From NCBI GenBank assembly GCA_025558095.1, contig JAIVFI010000021.1, positions 62,001 through 126,000 of the forward strand: a stretch of DNA of 64,000 nt, read 5' to 3'. The notes under the pieces are model-generated. The model had not been told where the DNA came from. It ran no database searches and saw only the letters and a list, made by a program, of their open reading frames with translations. This document shows, piece after piece, positions 14,803-26,213 of the stretch (positions are counted from its first letter, which is position 1; each line of letters begins with the position of its first letter). The translations under genes were made by a program, and so were the position numbers. This DNA is from Hyaloraphidium curvatum SAG 235-1. Taxonomy: Eukaryota; Fungi; Monoblepharomycota.

Positions 14803-15007
14803 GCGGTCGGCTTGACGCGCAGCACCTGCTCCGCGGTCTGCCGGTGAGGTCCGATATGCGCTTTACGCTTTCACCGGGGCGGGGCGGTCCCACGGAGTTT
14901 GGTGTTCTTTGACGGTCATGCACGGCCACGCACCGCGCAGCTGAAACCACGATCAGCTGGCAATTCGGACGCTGCGAAGCGCAAGCAAATCTCCATTGCC
15001 ATTGAAG

Positions 15008-16171
15008 CTACGTAGGGATGCCCTTCGCGGTTTCCATCGCCATCCAGAGCTCTTTCTTGTACCGCTCGCAGTTCTTCATACCCTCAAACATTCCGGTCGT
15101 GCGGATGGCGCGGGCGCACGTCATCCAGCTCTTGAACTCGACTGGAGACAGCTTGGCTCCTGCGCATGTTACTACAAAGGGCGCGAACGTAAATCAAGAG
15201 CGCCGGCAACGAAACGTGTCACGTACGAAAGCTCTCTTCCTTCTCAGCGCAGCCCCTTTCCGGGTTCTCCGAAAGGCACCTCTCGTAGTCCGCCTTTACG
15301 CGAGCGCAAAGGCGCTCCGCCCTGGCCCACGGGGTTTCTTCCTCCAGGCCTTTTGACTTGGCCGATCCGTAGATCTCCGTGTCAAAGTGACGCTGGTTTA
15401 TCAGATCCTCCGGCGTCTGTCGCCGTACGTTCTTGATCCCGAAAGCGCTGAGGCAAGCGGCATATAACCCTTGCCCGATCGTCGCCGAAGCAGCGGAAAC
15501 ACTCACGCGAGCCCAACGAACGCCGACAAGGCACCGCCTTGCCCGACCAATCGGGCGTAGATGAGCTTTTGAGCCATGGGCATTCGTTTGTTGGCAAACA
15601 CGACGATGAGCGTCGACGAAACGAGCGTCCCCCAGAGAGAGAAAAGGATCTTGTACTGGTTCGCGTGAACGTACTCTATCAGACTTTCGCGGGTCACGAG
15701 CGGGCCGTCGAGAGCCTCTGGAGGAGTTTCGTCCCCATTGTCGAACCCCAACATCCCGGGCACCTTCACGTAGCTCCTCTCCAGCGCAATCTGCCGCTCC
15801 AGCCGAAGGGCTTCGTGTTCGCCCCCGATTGTGAACCCGACCATGGGAAACGTGAGGCCGAAAATGGTCTTCAGCGTCCGGGGACGTCGGGCGAACCATG
15901 GCGAGAGGTAGCTCAGCGTTGCTACCGTCCCTATGCCCAGAAGAGCACCGCGGAACGCGAAGTTGAGGGCGCGTTCCGTGGCCTGCTTCTGGATAATGTC
16001 CTTCACTTCCGAGGATCGCATTGTCCGCGTCGGGATGTGCCGATAACGGCTTCGCTCGCGCTTCTCGGCTCCCTCCGCTTCGCTAACTGCCACGTCGACG
16101 GCCGGCGAGACATTATGAGCCGAGGTTTCTTGTGCCGGTGGTGCCGTTGGTGCCGCCGGCGTCGAGCCCAT
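15008..16171 (-). CDS. Mitochondrial HIG1/Rcf-like membrane protein fused to a C-terminal CX9C (CHCH) domain, 3 exons
   Basis: HIG1-like AQKLIYARLVGQGGAL; two GT-AG introns lead to CARVKADYERC and CAEKEESFLTC (both CX9C); stop TAG at 15010-15008. Confidence 0.7.
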
Positions 16172-16398
16172 CTCAACGAAAGATACCCCCGGAAAACGAT
16201 GGTTCCCACCCGCCGGCCCTCAGAAACGCGCTTCAAGTAACCGGGAAAGAGACGCAAGGGGGTTTTCCGTAGGCCGGATCGCCTAATATCTGGTCGTGAG
16301 CGATTGGAGATCGGAAGCTGGCCTGCCGACGATCGTGATGGACGACTATCGTGAGCAGACAGAGCAAGAATCTCATTCGATCTCCGTGAAGTTTTGGC

Positions 16399-16507
16399 GC
16401 TAAAGAACTTGAAGACTCGATCCCTCGTCGGCGCCTGCACCTTCTTGTCGCCTCCGCCCGCGAAGCCCAGCTCCTTGTGCTTTTCCGCCGTTTCCGGTTC
16501 GTCATTC
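16399..16507 (-). pseudogene. Duplicated 3' fragment of the dienelactone hydrolase gene
   Basis: About 110-bp diverged direct copy of 19174-19283 (NDEPETAEKHKELGFAGGGDKKVQA vs NDEPEMAGKRKELGFAGGGDKKVQA). Confidence 0.85.
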
Positions 16508-16996
16508 AAAGGCCGCCCTCCTGACTGCGGTAGATCAGGGGTATGTCTAAACCGTTTGAGATTACGGGGAGAATGCTCGGGCAGGATATGGTCAAGTTGG
16601 TGCGAAGGGGTCCCAAGTCCAAGTCGTGCAGGAGCCGAAGCGATGTGAGAGTGGCGGCGGGAAGCTGAAGGGGAAGCGCGGGCCGCGCTGGAGGACCGAC
16701 TGGACGACGGATGGGCGGCGTCGCTGTCCGATCTCCGTCCCCGGCGTCCGCATCCCCCCGGTCGGCGTCCCCAGCGTGCTCGCCGTCCCCCGCAAACGGG
16801 GCCGCGTCGGCCGCGAGCATGTCTGCGAGCGCGCCGCCATCGGCACGCACTCCATCCGACGCAAACGAGACGTCCAAAGCGTCGCTTTAGCCGTAATCGA
16901 AATTCTGGCACAGCTCGCCGGCGCACCCGTCGGCGTGGGGGGGGTGATGATTTGGCGATTCCACGGGATCCGCGAAAGAAGCACACCACCAACGCC

Positions 16997-17611
16997 ATGA
17001 CGGCCACTGTCACGTTTGCGTGGAACGCACGCCGGTACCATTTCGATGTTCCAACGGTTGCGGCGCTGCGTCAGTGCGCAGTTCTCGTCGATCCACTCGC
17101 TGCGCAATCTGAGGTCTTTACCGTGACCGGCCCTCTGGGGGTCACACCTGCCTTGGGTCCCCTCGAGGACTCGAAAGCAGTCAACGGAGGCAGCTACGAG
17201 CTGCGCGTGAGGAGCGGCGCTCAACGGCCGGAAGGGGTCGAGTTGCTCAGAGTCAAGATTGAAGCGTACGACCACCTCGCGACCCTACCGACCCTCGGGC
17301 ACGACTGGCGGTTTCACGCCGCCTACAGGAACATCAAGGATCAGCTCTCCATGTGGGAAACAATGGTGGCAAAGGATGCCGCCCGGGAAGCGGAGCTGGA
17401 CACTCTCCAGACCACCGTTGACGTCATGAAGAAACGCGGAAATCGCGATCTCGGTTACTCGATTGGGCTGCAGCTGGCTGCTCTGCTGGGAACTGCTCTC
17501 AGCACCGTGGACCCTTCGGAGAACGGTCGTGTGTTCGCCGGTGGGATCATCCAAATCGTGGCCCTAGTCGCCGCTCTGGCCTTTGCTGGCATGCGGGGCT
17601 GGCAGAGTTGA
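16997..17611 (+). CDS. Hypothetical protein with coiled coil and two C-terminal TM helices
   Basis: Intronless ORF from ATG 16997 with balanced composition; hydrophobic C-terminal hairpin (YSIGLQLAALLGTAL; VFAGGIIQIVALVAALAFAG). Confidence 0.6.
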   Translation: MTATVTFAWNARRYHFDVPTVAALRQCAVLVDPLAAQSEVFTVTGPLGVTPALGPLEDSKAVNGGSYELRVRSGAQRPEGVELLRVKIEAYDHLATLPTLGHDWRFHAAYRNIKDQLSMWETMVAKDAAREAELDTLQTTVDVMKKRGNRDLGYSIGLQLAALLGTALSTVDPSENGRVFAGGIIQIVALVAALAFAGMRGWQS

Positions 17612-17965
17612 TAAAGGAAGCGCTTTGTTCGCGCCTGCATGTACACTCATGCTCTCTAAATGGCTACGGCCAGCGGGAAGTCTATAGGGAGTCGACTTTC
17701 CCCCGCCCTCTTCCCCTTCCCCCGCACGCCACGCCTTTCCGTGGCGTGCATGAAGGGCAACGCGGCCATCTATACCGCCTTCAAGGAGAAAGGATACCAA
17801 GTTCCGGCGGCCGCCGACGTGGCCTAATTTATTGGAGCGGCTAGCGTGTATTAGATCCGTTATGCAGTGGAAGCAACCAGTAGTGGTGACCGCAGAAATG
17901 ATCTGAACCGAACCGGCACAACTCCTGACCACCCTAAGGACGTGCGTCGTTTTCATTGGGGGTCA

Positions 17966-18682
17966 ATGGTGGACAACGACCCTTATGCACCGGTAGCGTA
18001 CGTCTGCGTGCCGCAGCGCAGCTGGCGGTGGCACCGCATCGACCTCCGCGGAGTGACGAGCGCAGGGGACCTCCGCGAGCTGGCGGCCGCGGCGGTCGGC
18101 AACATGCCGCCGCCGCTCAGCAGCGTCCTGGAGCTGCGCAACGCGGGCCCGCTACCGCCTGACGACCCGGCGTCGGACGGCGTGTGGGCCGCCGCGGCAC
18201 CGGTGGACGCGGTTGCCGGGCTGGCGGGCTGCCACCTCGTCGGCCGTACGCCGCTGTTCGGCCGCCGCCCGCTGGCTGATCGGCACGTGGAGCCGCCGAC
18301 GGTGCGGCCGTCGGACCCGCGGGCGGAATGCAGGCGCAGGGAGGGCAGGGGCGCCCCGCCGCCGCCGCCGCAGATGCCCGGTCCGTGCGCACGCGTCACT
18401 CTGGACGGCCGGGCGCTCCAAGTACCCGTCGGGGACGTTGCGTCGGGCGCTGGCCTCGCGGCGCGCGTCAGGGAGGCGTTCGGGTTGGCCGCAAAGGAGT
18501 TTGGAGACCTAGTGCTGCTGGACCGCGCCGGCCAGCCGGTGCTGCCGGCGGACACGTTCCCGGACCCGGACAGGGGTCTGGCGCCGGGTTGCGAGATCCG
18601 GGCGGGGTTTCGCGGCGCCGTGGGCAAGGAAGCGGGCCCGCTGGTTTTGCTCGAGAGGTGGTGGGGCGCCGTCTCGGGTTGA
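17966..18682 (+). CDS. Hypothetical protein, possibly two beta-grasp-like repeats
   Basis: ATG 17966; high-GC3 codon pattern; weak internal repeat (RIDLRGVTSAGDLRELAAAAVG / QVPVGDVASGAGLAARVREAFG). Confidence 0.5.
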   Translation: MVDNDPYAPVAYVCVPQRSWRWHRIDLRGVTSAGDLRELAAAAVGNMPPPLSSVLELRNAGPLPPDDPASDGVWAAAAPVDAVAGLAGCHLVGRTPLFGRRPLADRHVEPPTVRPSDPRAECRRREGRGAPPPPPQMPGPCARVTLDGRALQVPVGDVASGAGLAARVREAFGLAAKEFGDLVLLDRAGQPVLPADTFPDPDRGLAPGCEIRAGFRGAVGKEAGPLVLLERWWGAVSG

Positions 18683-19149
18683 GCTGCGAGCGTTTCGGAT
18701 GCTTTTGCGGGGTCTTTGTCGATCTTTTCCATGGCGACGTGTTTTGTGGACCATTCTTCGGCAAAAGCAGGCACGACACTACCTGTTCTGGTCGGGAATT
18801 GCCCGCACGTGCTTCGTCCTCTCCTCCACGAACGCCACCAGCTCCTATACCGCCTCCCCAAACCCTCCCCCGCGTGCAGACACACACCGCCGCGCGCTTC
18901 CTGATCCACCCGAATCACCTCCTTACGAGACAGCGGCCCCTCGAACGCCTGCGCGATCATCGCGACTTGGCGCCTGCAGTACACCGGGTCGTCCATTGGT
19001 ATCGCACCAGCGGCAGGCCCTCGGGCACGCCCCGGCGGTCCAGGGGCGTCTCCACCTTGTGCGCGGTGCCGAATACCGAATGCGGGATCGGCCAGCTACC
19101 GTTTTATGTCGTTGCTTCCAGCAGATGATTGAGAGCATCCGCAAGATTC

Positions 19150-20167
19150 TCATTCAACCTCCTTCAAGTGCTGGCTAAAGAACCTGAACACCCGCTCCCA
19201 CGCCTGCGCCTGCACTTTCTTGTCGCCTCCCCCCGCAAAGCCCAGCTCCTTGCGCTTTCCCGCCATTTCCGGCTCGTCATTCATGAAGGCGTGGCCCTGT
19301 CCGGGGTAGATGAAGAGGGCCTCTTCCAAGCGATGCAGACCGCGAGCGTGGCTTCCTCCGGCCGCCTTGATCGTTTCGAGCATCGACGCGTGGAGTTTGC
19401 TGAAGGTCTCGGGGTCGGAGAAGCCTTTCAGGTTGTCCAGCTCGCCGGTGTGAAGCTGAAATAGCGGAGAACGACCATGAGCCCGCATCTACTCCATCTT
19501 TAGCTGCAACGAACCTGCACGGGTGTTGACAGCGGGATCTTCTGCAGCGAAATGCCCAAGTTGGGCGACGGTACTCCGTAGAAGGACACCGCCGCTTCCA
19601 AAGCCGACTTGGTTCCTTGCAGCTTGCCCGCCAACGCCAGGCTCAACGCGCCACCCTGGCGAGAATGAGTTCTCAAGCCTCACTGCCGGCGGCGAGACTT
19701 CATCCCACCATGCAAAAGCCCACACTCCCGATCTTTCGACGATTCCTCTTGGCGGCAGGATCGTGGTGGCCTTCCGATCTCAAGTGGTCCACCAACGCAG
19801 CGAGCCTTTCGAGTCCCTCATTCCAGTCCAGGTTGGACATGAGGTGCGACGCCTCCTCCCTGTCCAGTCCGACCTTGCCGTTATACATGTCCGGCACCAC
19901 TGCGACGCAGCCGGTTCCGTTGGCAATCCGCTGGGCATGGGCCTTGATTTGGTTGTTCACGCCCCACCACTCCTGGAGCACAAGGACGGCGGGCAGAGGG
20001 AGATCAGGGTCCACCGCTGACGACTTCATCGGGTGAGGCGTAGCGTCCGGAGACGGGTTGAACGACAGGAAGGGCGGCAGCTTCGTGGCCCCGGTCGTGT
20101 AGAGACGGCGGCCAAGTCCACGCCAGACGCGGAGCCCGCCAGCAGTCCCAACGGTAGCCAGCATCAT
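19150..20167 (-). CDS. Dienelactone hydrolase / carboxymethylenebutenolidase family, multi-exon
   Basis: LVLQEWWGVN, VVPDMY, nucleophile GFCMGG (split by an intron), YPGQGHAFMN; Arg-rich N-terminus may be a mitochondrial presequence. Confidence 0.9.
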
Positions 20168-20357
20168 GAGGAGCCCAGCAAACCGTAGAGAAGACGGGAA
20201 ACGGCTTCCGCTCGGGCGTGATGGCGGCCCGGAATGTGACTCGACACGCAACTGCGTGTCGATGCGGCGTCGCAAACGCGAGGCGCGCAGTTCCCCGCCC
20301 GGAGCCCCCCTCCCGTTGGCCGACATCTGCTCTAGCATCGCCCCGTAGCAGCCTACA

Positions 20358-21161
20358 ATGACGCGAAAAACAGCCGCGCTCGAGGCCGGTGCGTCTCCAC
20401 CGAGATTCGGGCACCGGCTCGACTTGACGCGTGTTCGCGTTGCCGTTGCCTCCCAATGCCTCCATACCTCTTCGGCTCGCTTCTGGACGTGTTGGCGCTT
20501 CTTTCCTTTGTGCTCCGTGCCCGGATACCAAAGCCACGCGGTATCTGCACAAAATGCAGCAAGCGGGAGGCCTTGACGCGACCATCCTCAACGCCCTGTT
20601 GGTCTGCCTCCTCTTCGGCGCAAGGGTTTCGGCTGAGGACCCGAATCTGCAGGACCATCAAGGATGCCGACGATGGCATGGTGCGATTGAGCCTCCCGGT
20701 TGAGAAGAAACACGCCAATACCGTTGGAACACTGCACGGCGGTGCGGAACCGCAACCTCTTGACGGATCTTGTCCCTGATCCATGAGCCAGGCGTCAGCT
20801 GCACTCTCGTCGACATTGCCGGGTCTCTTGCCATATCGAGCATGGGCGACAACTATCAGAAACACGTTTCGATCGGTGGGCTCGGTCGCTGTTATTGGCT
20901 TCGCTCAACTGAACCCCTGCAAAGACATCAACACGACGTTCCTGAAGCGTACGTCCCCCGAGAATGACCGCGAACTCAAGCTCTAACCACGCCGCAGCCG
21001 CACCGATCGGATCAACAATCACCGTCGTCTCCAAGGCAGATAAGGTTGGCAAGACGCTTGGATTCACCACCACCACGATCCTGAACGGGACAGACGTTGT
21101 GTGCCGAGGAAGCCATACCAAATACCTCTTCTTCCCGAAGCCAGACAAGTCGGACAAATGA
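20358..21161 (+). CDS. Acyl-CoA thioesterase 13 / PaaI hotdog-fold thioesterase, multi-exon
   Basis: HANTVGTLHGG..LVDIAGSLAI..VSIDINTTFL..KVGKTLGF..GSHTKY; start exon inferred. Confidence 0.85.
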
Positions 21162-21195
21162 TACCAAACATGTAGCCATTCCACATTCGCGAATT

Positions 21196-22752
21196 CTAGC
21201 GAGGAGACATCAACCGCATGGCAGCCCCCCACCAAGACACCGCATCATCTTCCACGGCCGGGCCCGTGAAACCTCCGGGTCTTCCCTGGACCGAAAACTG
21301 TTCCGCCGGTCCGCCCATCCAATAGATGCCCGCTGCCGTCTTCTCGCTCTTGATTATGGCGTGGGCAACGGCCAGCGATGGATTCGCCAGGTGCGGCTGA
21401 TGCGGCATCCTCGACGACGGTCCTGGAAGCGACGGCGGAACGTTCGGAGTGGCCGCCGTCGGCCGGGAGACGATAAACCGCTTGGCAAAGGAGTACTTGT
21501 AGGCCGCATGTGTTGGATGAGGCTCCATTCGCTGCTTCCCGAGCGCAGTGCCGGGTGACGGGTTGCGAAGAAAGTGGAACAGCAGAGCCCGCGGCGTAAC
21601 GCAGGCCTTCGGGAGCTCCAGCGAGGTGCTTCCAGTAGCCATGGCTGAATCGTCCAGAAGAGCAGCAGTGTAACGCAGAACACCTTCCTCCGCGGGGTCG
21701 AACAGAAACTCAGTCTCGCCCTCGCTGTGGCTCGCAGCCATTTCCATCCCGCGGCGCAGCGAAAGCTCCTGATCCGCCGTCAGCAAGCCGCCGCGGCTGA
21801 CCCAGCGCTGCTCATTGGGCTGACCATAGCCTAGCGAGAGAAAAGAAAGGGTCACCTTGGCGGAATGAATGCGGACAGAGCGGTGGCCCTGAACCGGCTC
21901 CGCGTCGCGAAACTCCACGAGCACGTCGCTGTCTCCGAAGAATCGCTTCTTCTCTCGAGCCTCAGCATCAGGGACGACGAAGATCCTGTCCAGGCCGATG
22001 TTGAAGCCCGAATGGAATGCCTGAGCGGCCCTCCGAACAGCTTCCATCGGCTCGAGCACGGCGCCACCGCCTCCATCGATCCCGAACGGCAATTGGATTG
22101 GCGACGCGGGACCACTTTCCGCGGCGTTCTGAGGAGGAAAATCGCCCAGCCACATCTTTGCCGAGTTGAGGCTCGCGACGCGCGGAAGGAGCAGCTGTCC
22201 GGTTGCTCGTTCAAGCCACGGAAGTCCTGATGGTTGGCCCCCGAGAACCGAGTTTTGCGAGATTGCAATTGTCAGCTGCGACAGCATCGCGGATTCCGGT
22301 GCCACCGCCTCGAGGCGAGCACGCAGGAGCTGTGAATCCGGCAAGCCCATCCAGGCAGGTGCCGGAGGTTCGTTGCCCATCCAAGGCTCCCAGGGACCGA
22401 ATTCGATGAGCCGCCTCCCTTCATCGAAAGATCGCGCGAAAAGCTGGAGATGGAACAGGTGCCTCGCGTCCGGCTGTCCCGGATCGGGAGCGGCGACCGA
22501 TTTGAAGCCCTCGGACCGGACCACGAGGGGTACACGGCGCCGTAGAAGCAGCTGATAGACAGCACGCGGTACTAGAATATAAGCAAAAGTCGAGCAGGCG
22601 CGCGAGAGGCGCAGGAGCTGAGGGAGGAGGCCACCAATGCCGTGCGATCCGGCGTCTCCCGCGCCGGTCGGCACGACGCAGAGGAGGCACTCCACCACGA
22701 GCTCCGGCGGGAGACTGTCCAAGAGCGATGGCAAGTCGCTCGGAGCCTCCAT
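21196..22752 (-). CDS. F-box domain protein
   Basis: N-terminal LLDSLPPELVVECLL...LLRLSRACSTFAYI; long intronless ORF. Confidence 0.65.
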   Translation of the reverse strand: MEAPSDLPSLLDSLPPELVVECLLCVVPTGAGDAGSHGIGGLLPQLLRLSRACSTFAYILVPRAVYQLLLRRRVPLVVRSEGFKSVAAPDPGQPDARHLFHLQLFARSFDEGRRLIEFGPWEPWMGNEPPAPAWMGLPDSQLLRARLEAVAPESAMLSQLTIAISQNSVLGGQPSGLPWLERATGQLLLPRVASLNSAKMWLGDFPPQNAAESGPASPIQLPFGIDGGGGAVLEPMEAVRRAAQAFHSGFNIGLDRIFVVPDAEAREKKRFFGDSDVLVEFRDAEPVQGHRSVRIHSAKVTLSFLSLGYGQPNEQRWVSRGGLLTADQELSLRRGMEMAASHSEGETEFLFDPAEEGVLRYTAALLDDSAMATGSTSLELPKACVTPRALLFHFLRNPSPGTALGKQRMEPHPTHAAYKYSFAKRFIVSRPTAATPNVPPSLPGPSSRMPHQPHLANPSLAVAHAIIKSEKTAAGIYWMGGPAEQFSVQGRPGGFTGPAVEDDAVSWWGAAMRLMSPR

Positions 22753-22900
22753 GTGAAGGATTCTCGAGGGAACGTAGAACGAGAGACCAATGGACGTGGC
22801 AACGAATGAAGTCGCTTGCCCTGGAGGGCAACTTCTCTTCCCAGGGGACATCATCTCTTCATACGATAAAGGTAGAATAACAAACGGGTCGACATCCACC

Positions 22901-23884
22901 TCAACCGGTGATTTCGAAAGTCGGCTTTTCGCCACTGGCACCACCCTCGACGGGAGCCCCGGCCTCGAGCTGCGGTCAAGATCCATCAGTGTCGCAAGTC
23001 CCGAGCGAGGCCGGCCAAACTGACCATCTTGAGAAGGCTTCCGAGGCTGCCAAAAGAGCTGCCACCGCCACCGCCACCGCCGCTGCCCATAAGCCCGCCG
23101 ATCAAGGACCCAAGGCCTCCTCCCGAACTTCCACCGCCGCCCCCTCCACCCATCTTGCCAAGGAAGCCACTAAGGGCGCTTCCGAGGCCACCGCCGGAAC
23201 CTCCGGATGCTCCAGGCATAAATGAGGCGAACTGGATGAATTCGCGGTACGTAATTGGCTTCCCACATCGCTCCAGACACACCCACTGGGTTGCTTCCGG
23301 CGCTCTGACTGAGTCTACCGCCGTACATCTGTTGGTACGGGTTGCCCGAAGGCGGCGGGCCGCCCATGGAAGGCATCATGGACGAGGCCGAGCCGAGAAG
23401 GGGGCCAAGCAGAGACTTCGCGCTGTCGAAGATGCCCAGTGCCTGCACGCCCTCCGGGGGGTTGGCCTTGATATCCTCCTGAATCTTGACCAGCTCCTCG
23501 CTGAGAACGCGATCCAATGGGGCGGCAAACAAGGCGTGGGAGGCAAGTAGCGCCCCGGTCATCACAAAAGACAAAAGGGTCGCGACGTAGTGCGGCAGCA
23601 AGGTGTGGGAGGCAGGTGGCGCCGGGGTCGTCGAAAAGGACCAAAAAGGTTGTGGTGCGACGGCGCGGCAAGGACGTGGAAGGCGAGGCAACGATGGAGC
23701 AATATCGTCAGCTTCCGTATCAGGCGGAACCAGGGTTGCGAACGCACTAGACCTCGGGAGCGCCAGTTTTGATTTCCTCGAGTGCCTTGGCGAACAGGTC
23801 GTTGCCGGCCTTCCGGCGCGTCAGTTCTCAAGCTGGAGCGTTGCTGGGGGAGCGACCTACAATTTGGACGGAACCGTCGGCCAT
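22901..23884 (-). CDS. Gly/Ser-rich low-complexity protein, multi-exon
   Basis: Spliced model MADGSVQI|AGNDLFAKALEEIKTGAPEVY|EELVKIQEDIK...GGGLGSLIGGLMGSGGG...|LEAGAPVEGGASGEKPTFEITG* with phase-compatible GT-AG introns; internal exon boundaries partly uncertain. Confidence 0.65.
23520..23650. repeat. Diverged ~60-bp tandem duplication inside an intron
   Basis: gcggcaaacaaggcgtgggaggcaagtagcgccccggtcatcacaaaagacaaaag vs gcggcagcaaggtgtgggaggcaggtggcgccggggtcgtcgaaaaggaccaaaaag. Confidence 0.75.
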
Positions 23885-24359
23885 TGTTGAGGTTGGTCGG
23901 TCCGGGAAAGACGACGAAGCACGGACCAATCCAGGCGCAAGCCTCCGCGGGTCGGACGGACCCTGAGGACCCCCAAACCGATCGACGAAGCTGTCGACTG
24001 GTAAATCTAGAAGCTCGTGCCAGTCATTCGGTGTCCCTTCTGCTCTTTTTTGATCGGTGAAACGTCGCGGCAAGTGCCCGCCACCCGTAGGAGCGGAAAG
24101 CGAGTCTACAAGGTGTGGATCCGGGGAGAAGCCCAGTTCGGCCAGTTCGGAATCCTTGATCGAGAGGTAGCAAAGGAAGAGCAATAGACTGAGATGGCAG
24201 CGCTACATTTTTGGCGAGGACCTCGCTTCCGTGAGAGATTCTCGAACAGCAGGCCCGTGGTGGGGGATCGATCGCGCACCGTCAGCGCCACCGCGGCCCC
24301 AACTTCCGTTGACCCCATAGACCGCCGCAGTTGCGGGACAAGACCATCGCGACGCGGCG

Positions 24360-26111
24360 ATGGCACCGAAATCCGCTAATGGCGCGGGTGTTTCGGGCCC
24401 CACCGCGTCCGCCGACGCGCAACCGGGAAGCGCGTCCCCCTCCCTCCTGGACTACATCCTGCTGCGTCGCCGCGTGCCGCCGGAGGCGCTATCCAACCTG
24501 AAAAACTACAAATACGCGGCCGTGGACTACTCCATCATGTCGAAATACGTTCTGAAAAAGTACTGGACGTGGCTCCTCGGCTTCATGCCAATGTGGCTGG
24601 CTCCCAACGCGATTACCCTCATCGGACTTCTCTTCATCATCGGAAACTGTGGCTTAGTGACGCTGTTGGACGGCCATCTGGACGGCGAAGGTCCCAGATG
24701 GCTCTATCTGAGGTGAGTTCGCTGGGGTACAATGTGGACTGGGGAGGCGGTCTCCTGGACATGTGGTGACCCCTTGTCCTGCCTTTCAGCCTTGCTTTCG
24801 GCCTTTTCGCCTACCAGTCAATGGACAACATTGATGGCGGACAAGCGCGAAGAACGGGTGTAAGTTTGGGCAGGTTTCAATCTCTGCGGCTGTTCAGTAA
24901 CGGCTCAACCGGATAGTCGTCGTCACCACTTGGGGAGCTGTTTGACCACGGGTGCGACGCGCTCAACGCAAGTGGGTCATTCTTTGGATCAGGTCACTTT
25001 CGAAAGTGCTGACCTGCAGTGACCAGCATTTGGCACGATTCTCCAGGCGTGCGCCATGTCCCTTGGCTTCACGTGGCGTGAGCTGTCTGCCGCTGTCCCT
25101 TGATCTCCGAGCACTTGACGTCCCTATCCGCAGGCACGCTTCTTCTTGTCGTGCTCACGACGGTGCCATTCTACACTTCTACCGCCGAGGAGTACCACAC
25201 CCACGTCATGTACTTCGGATTCATCAACGGTCCCGTCGAGGGCGTGCTTATTGGTGTGGTTTTGATGGTGGCGACATGGGTTGTTGGTGAGTTTCTTGAT
25301 GCAACTTGCGTCCACCCCCCTGATTGTTCTCTGTAGGACCTCAAGTCTGGCAGACGCCGCTGCCGTCCCTGCTGCCTGGTTTGGGCCTGCCGGAATGGTC
25401 CATCATCACGGACGCCATCCTTTTCCCCATGCTGGGGCTAGTGCTGTTCCAGCACATCCCTCTTTGGCAAGTCTTGGCCGCGATTCCTGTTCTGTTGTCA
25501 TCTGACCTCTTGTTGTGCCGCAGCTTTAACAACCTGTACCGTTCCCTTCCCGCGGAGCTCAGACGATCCCCACTGGCTGCAGCCTGGCAGATCTTTTGGG
25601 ACCACATCCCGCTCCTGCTCTTCCACTTTGCCTGCGGCTTGTGGACGTTTGGACCCGGATCAAACATGCTCGACCGACCCGGAACGAAGGGGAAAGGTCT
25701 CATTCTCTGGCTGGCGAGCGTCGGCATGGTCTTTGGCAGGGTTTGCGTGAGTTCCTCGACGGACTGTTCGGCACAGCCTCACCAAACTCGTCGCCGCAGA
25801 CGGAGATCATCGAGTGCTACTTGACGCAGATGCCGTTCCCCTTCTGGCGGATGGCGAGGCTGTCTGTACCTTTCTGGATCGGCGCTGCAGGAGCCTGGCT
25901 GGCGTGGGTAGTGCGCACTCGTCTCAATCTCATCGAAAGCTCAATGTTTGTCTACAGGCCAGACACCTTTGTGGCATGGGAAGGAACTTACCTTGCCGTG
26001 CTGTGTCTTTGGAGCTTGGCCATGTACCTCCGGTGGGCAACGGGCACAATCCAGGACTTCTGCGGCGAGCTTGGGATTATGTGCCTTCGTATCAAGCCAA
26101 AGGCCAAGTAG
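24360..26111 (+). CDS. Choline/ethanolamine phosphotransferase (CDP-alcohol phosphatidyltransferase, CPT1/EPT1 family), multi-exon
   Basis: LKNYKYAAVDYS, WLAPNAITL, DNIDGGQARRTG..SSPLGELFDHGCD signature, EEYHTH..GPVEG. Confidence 0.92.
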
Positions 26112-26213
26112 GCACAAAGTGTCTCGCAGCTAGAGCTACAGATGTGGCCTATTTGGGTTCATCCACAATAGAGCTCCCTTCGGACAAGCTCTCTCTCTGT
26201 CCAACAACATGGA

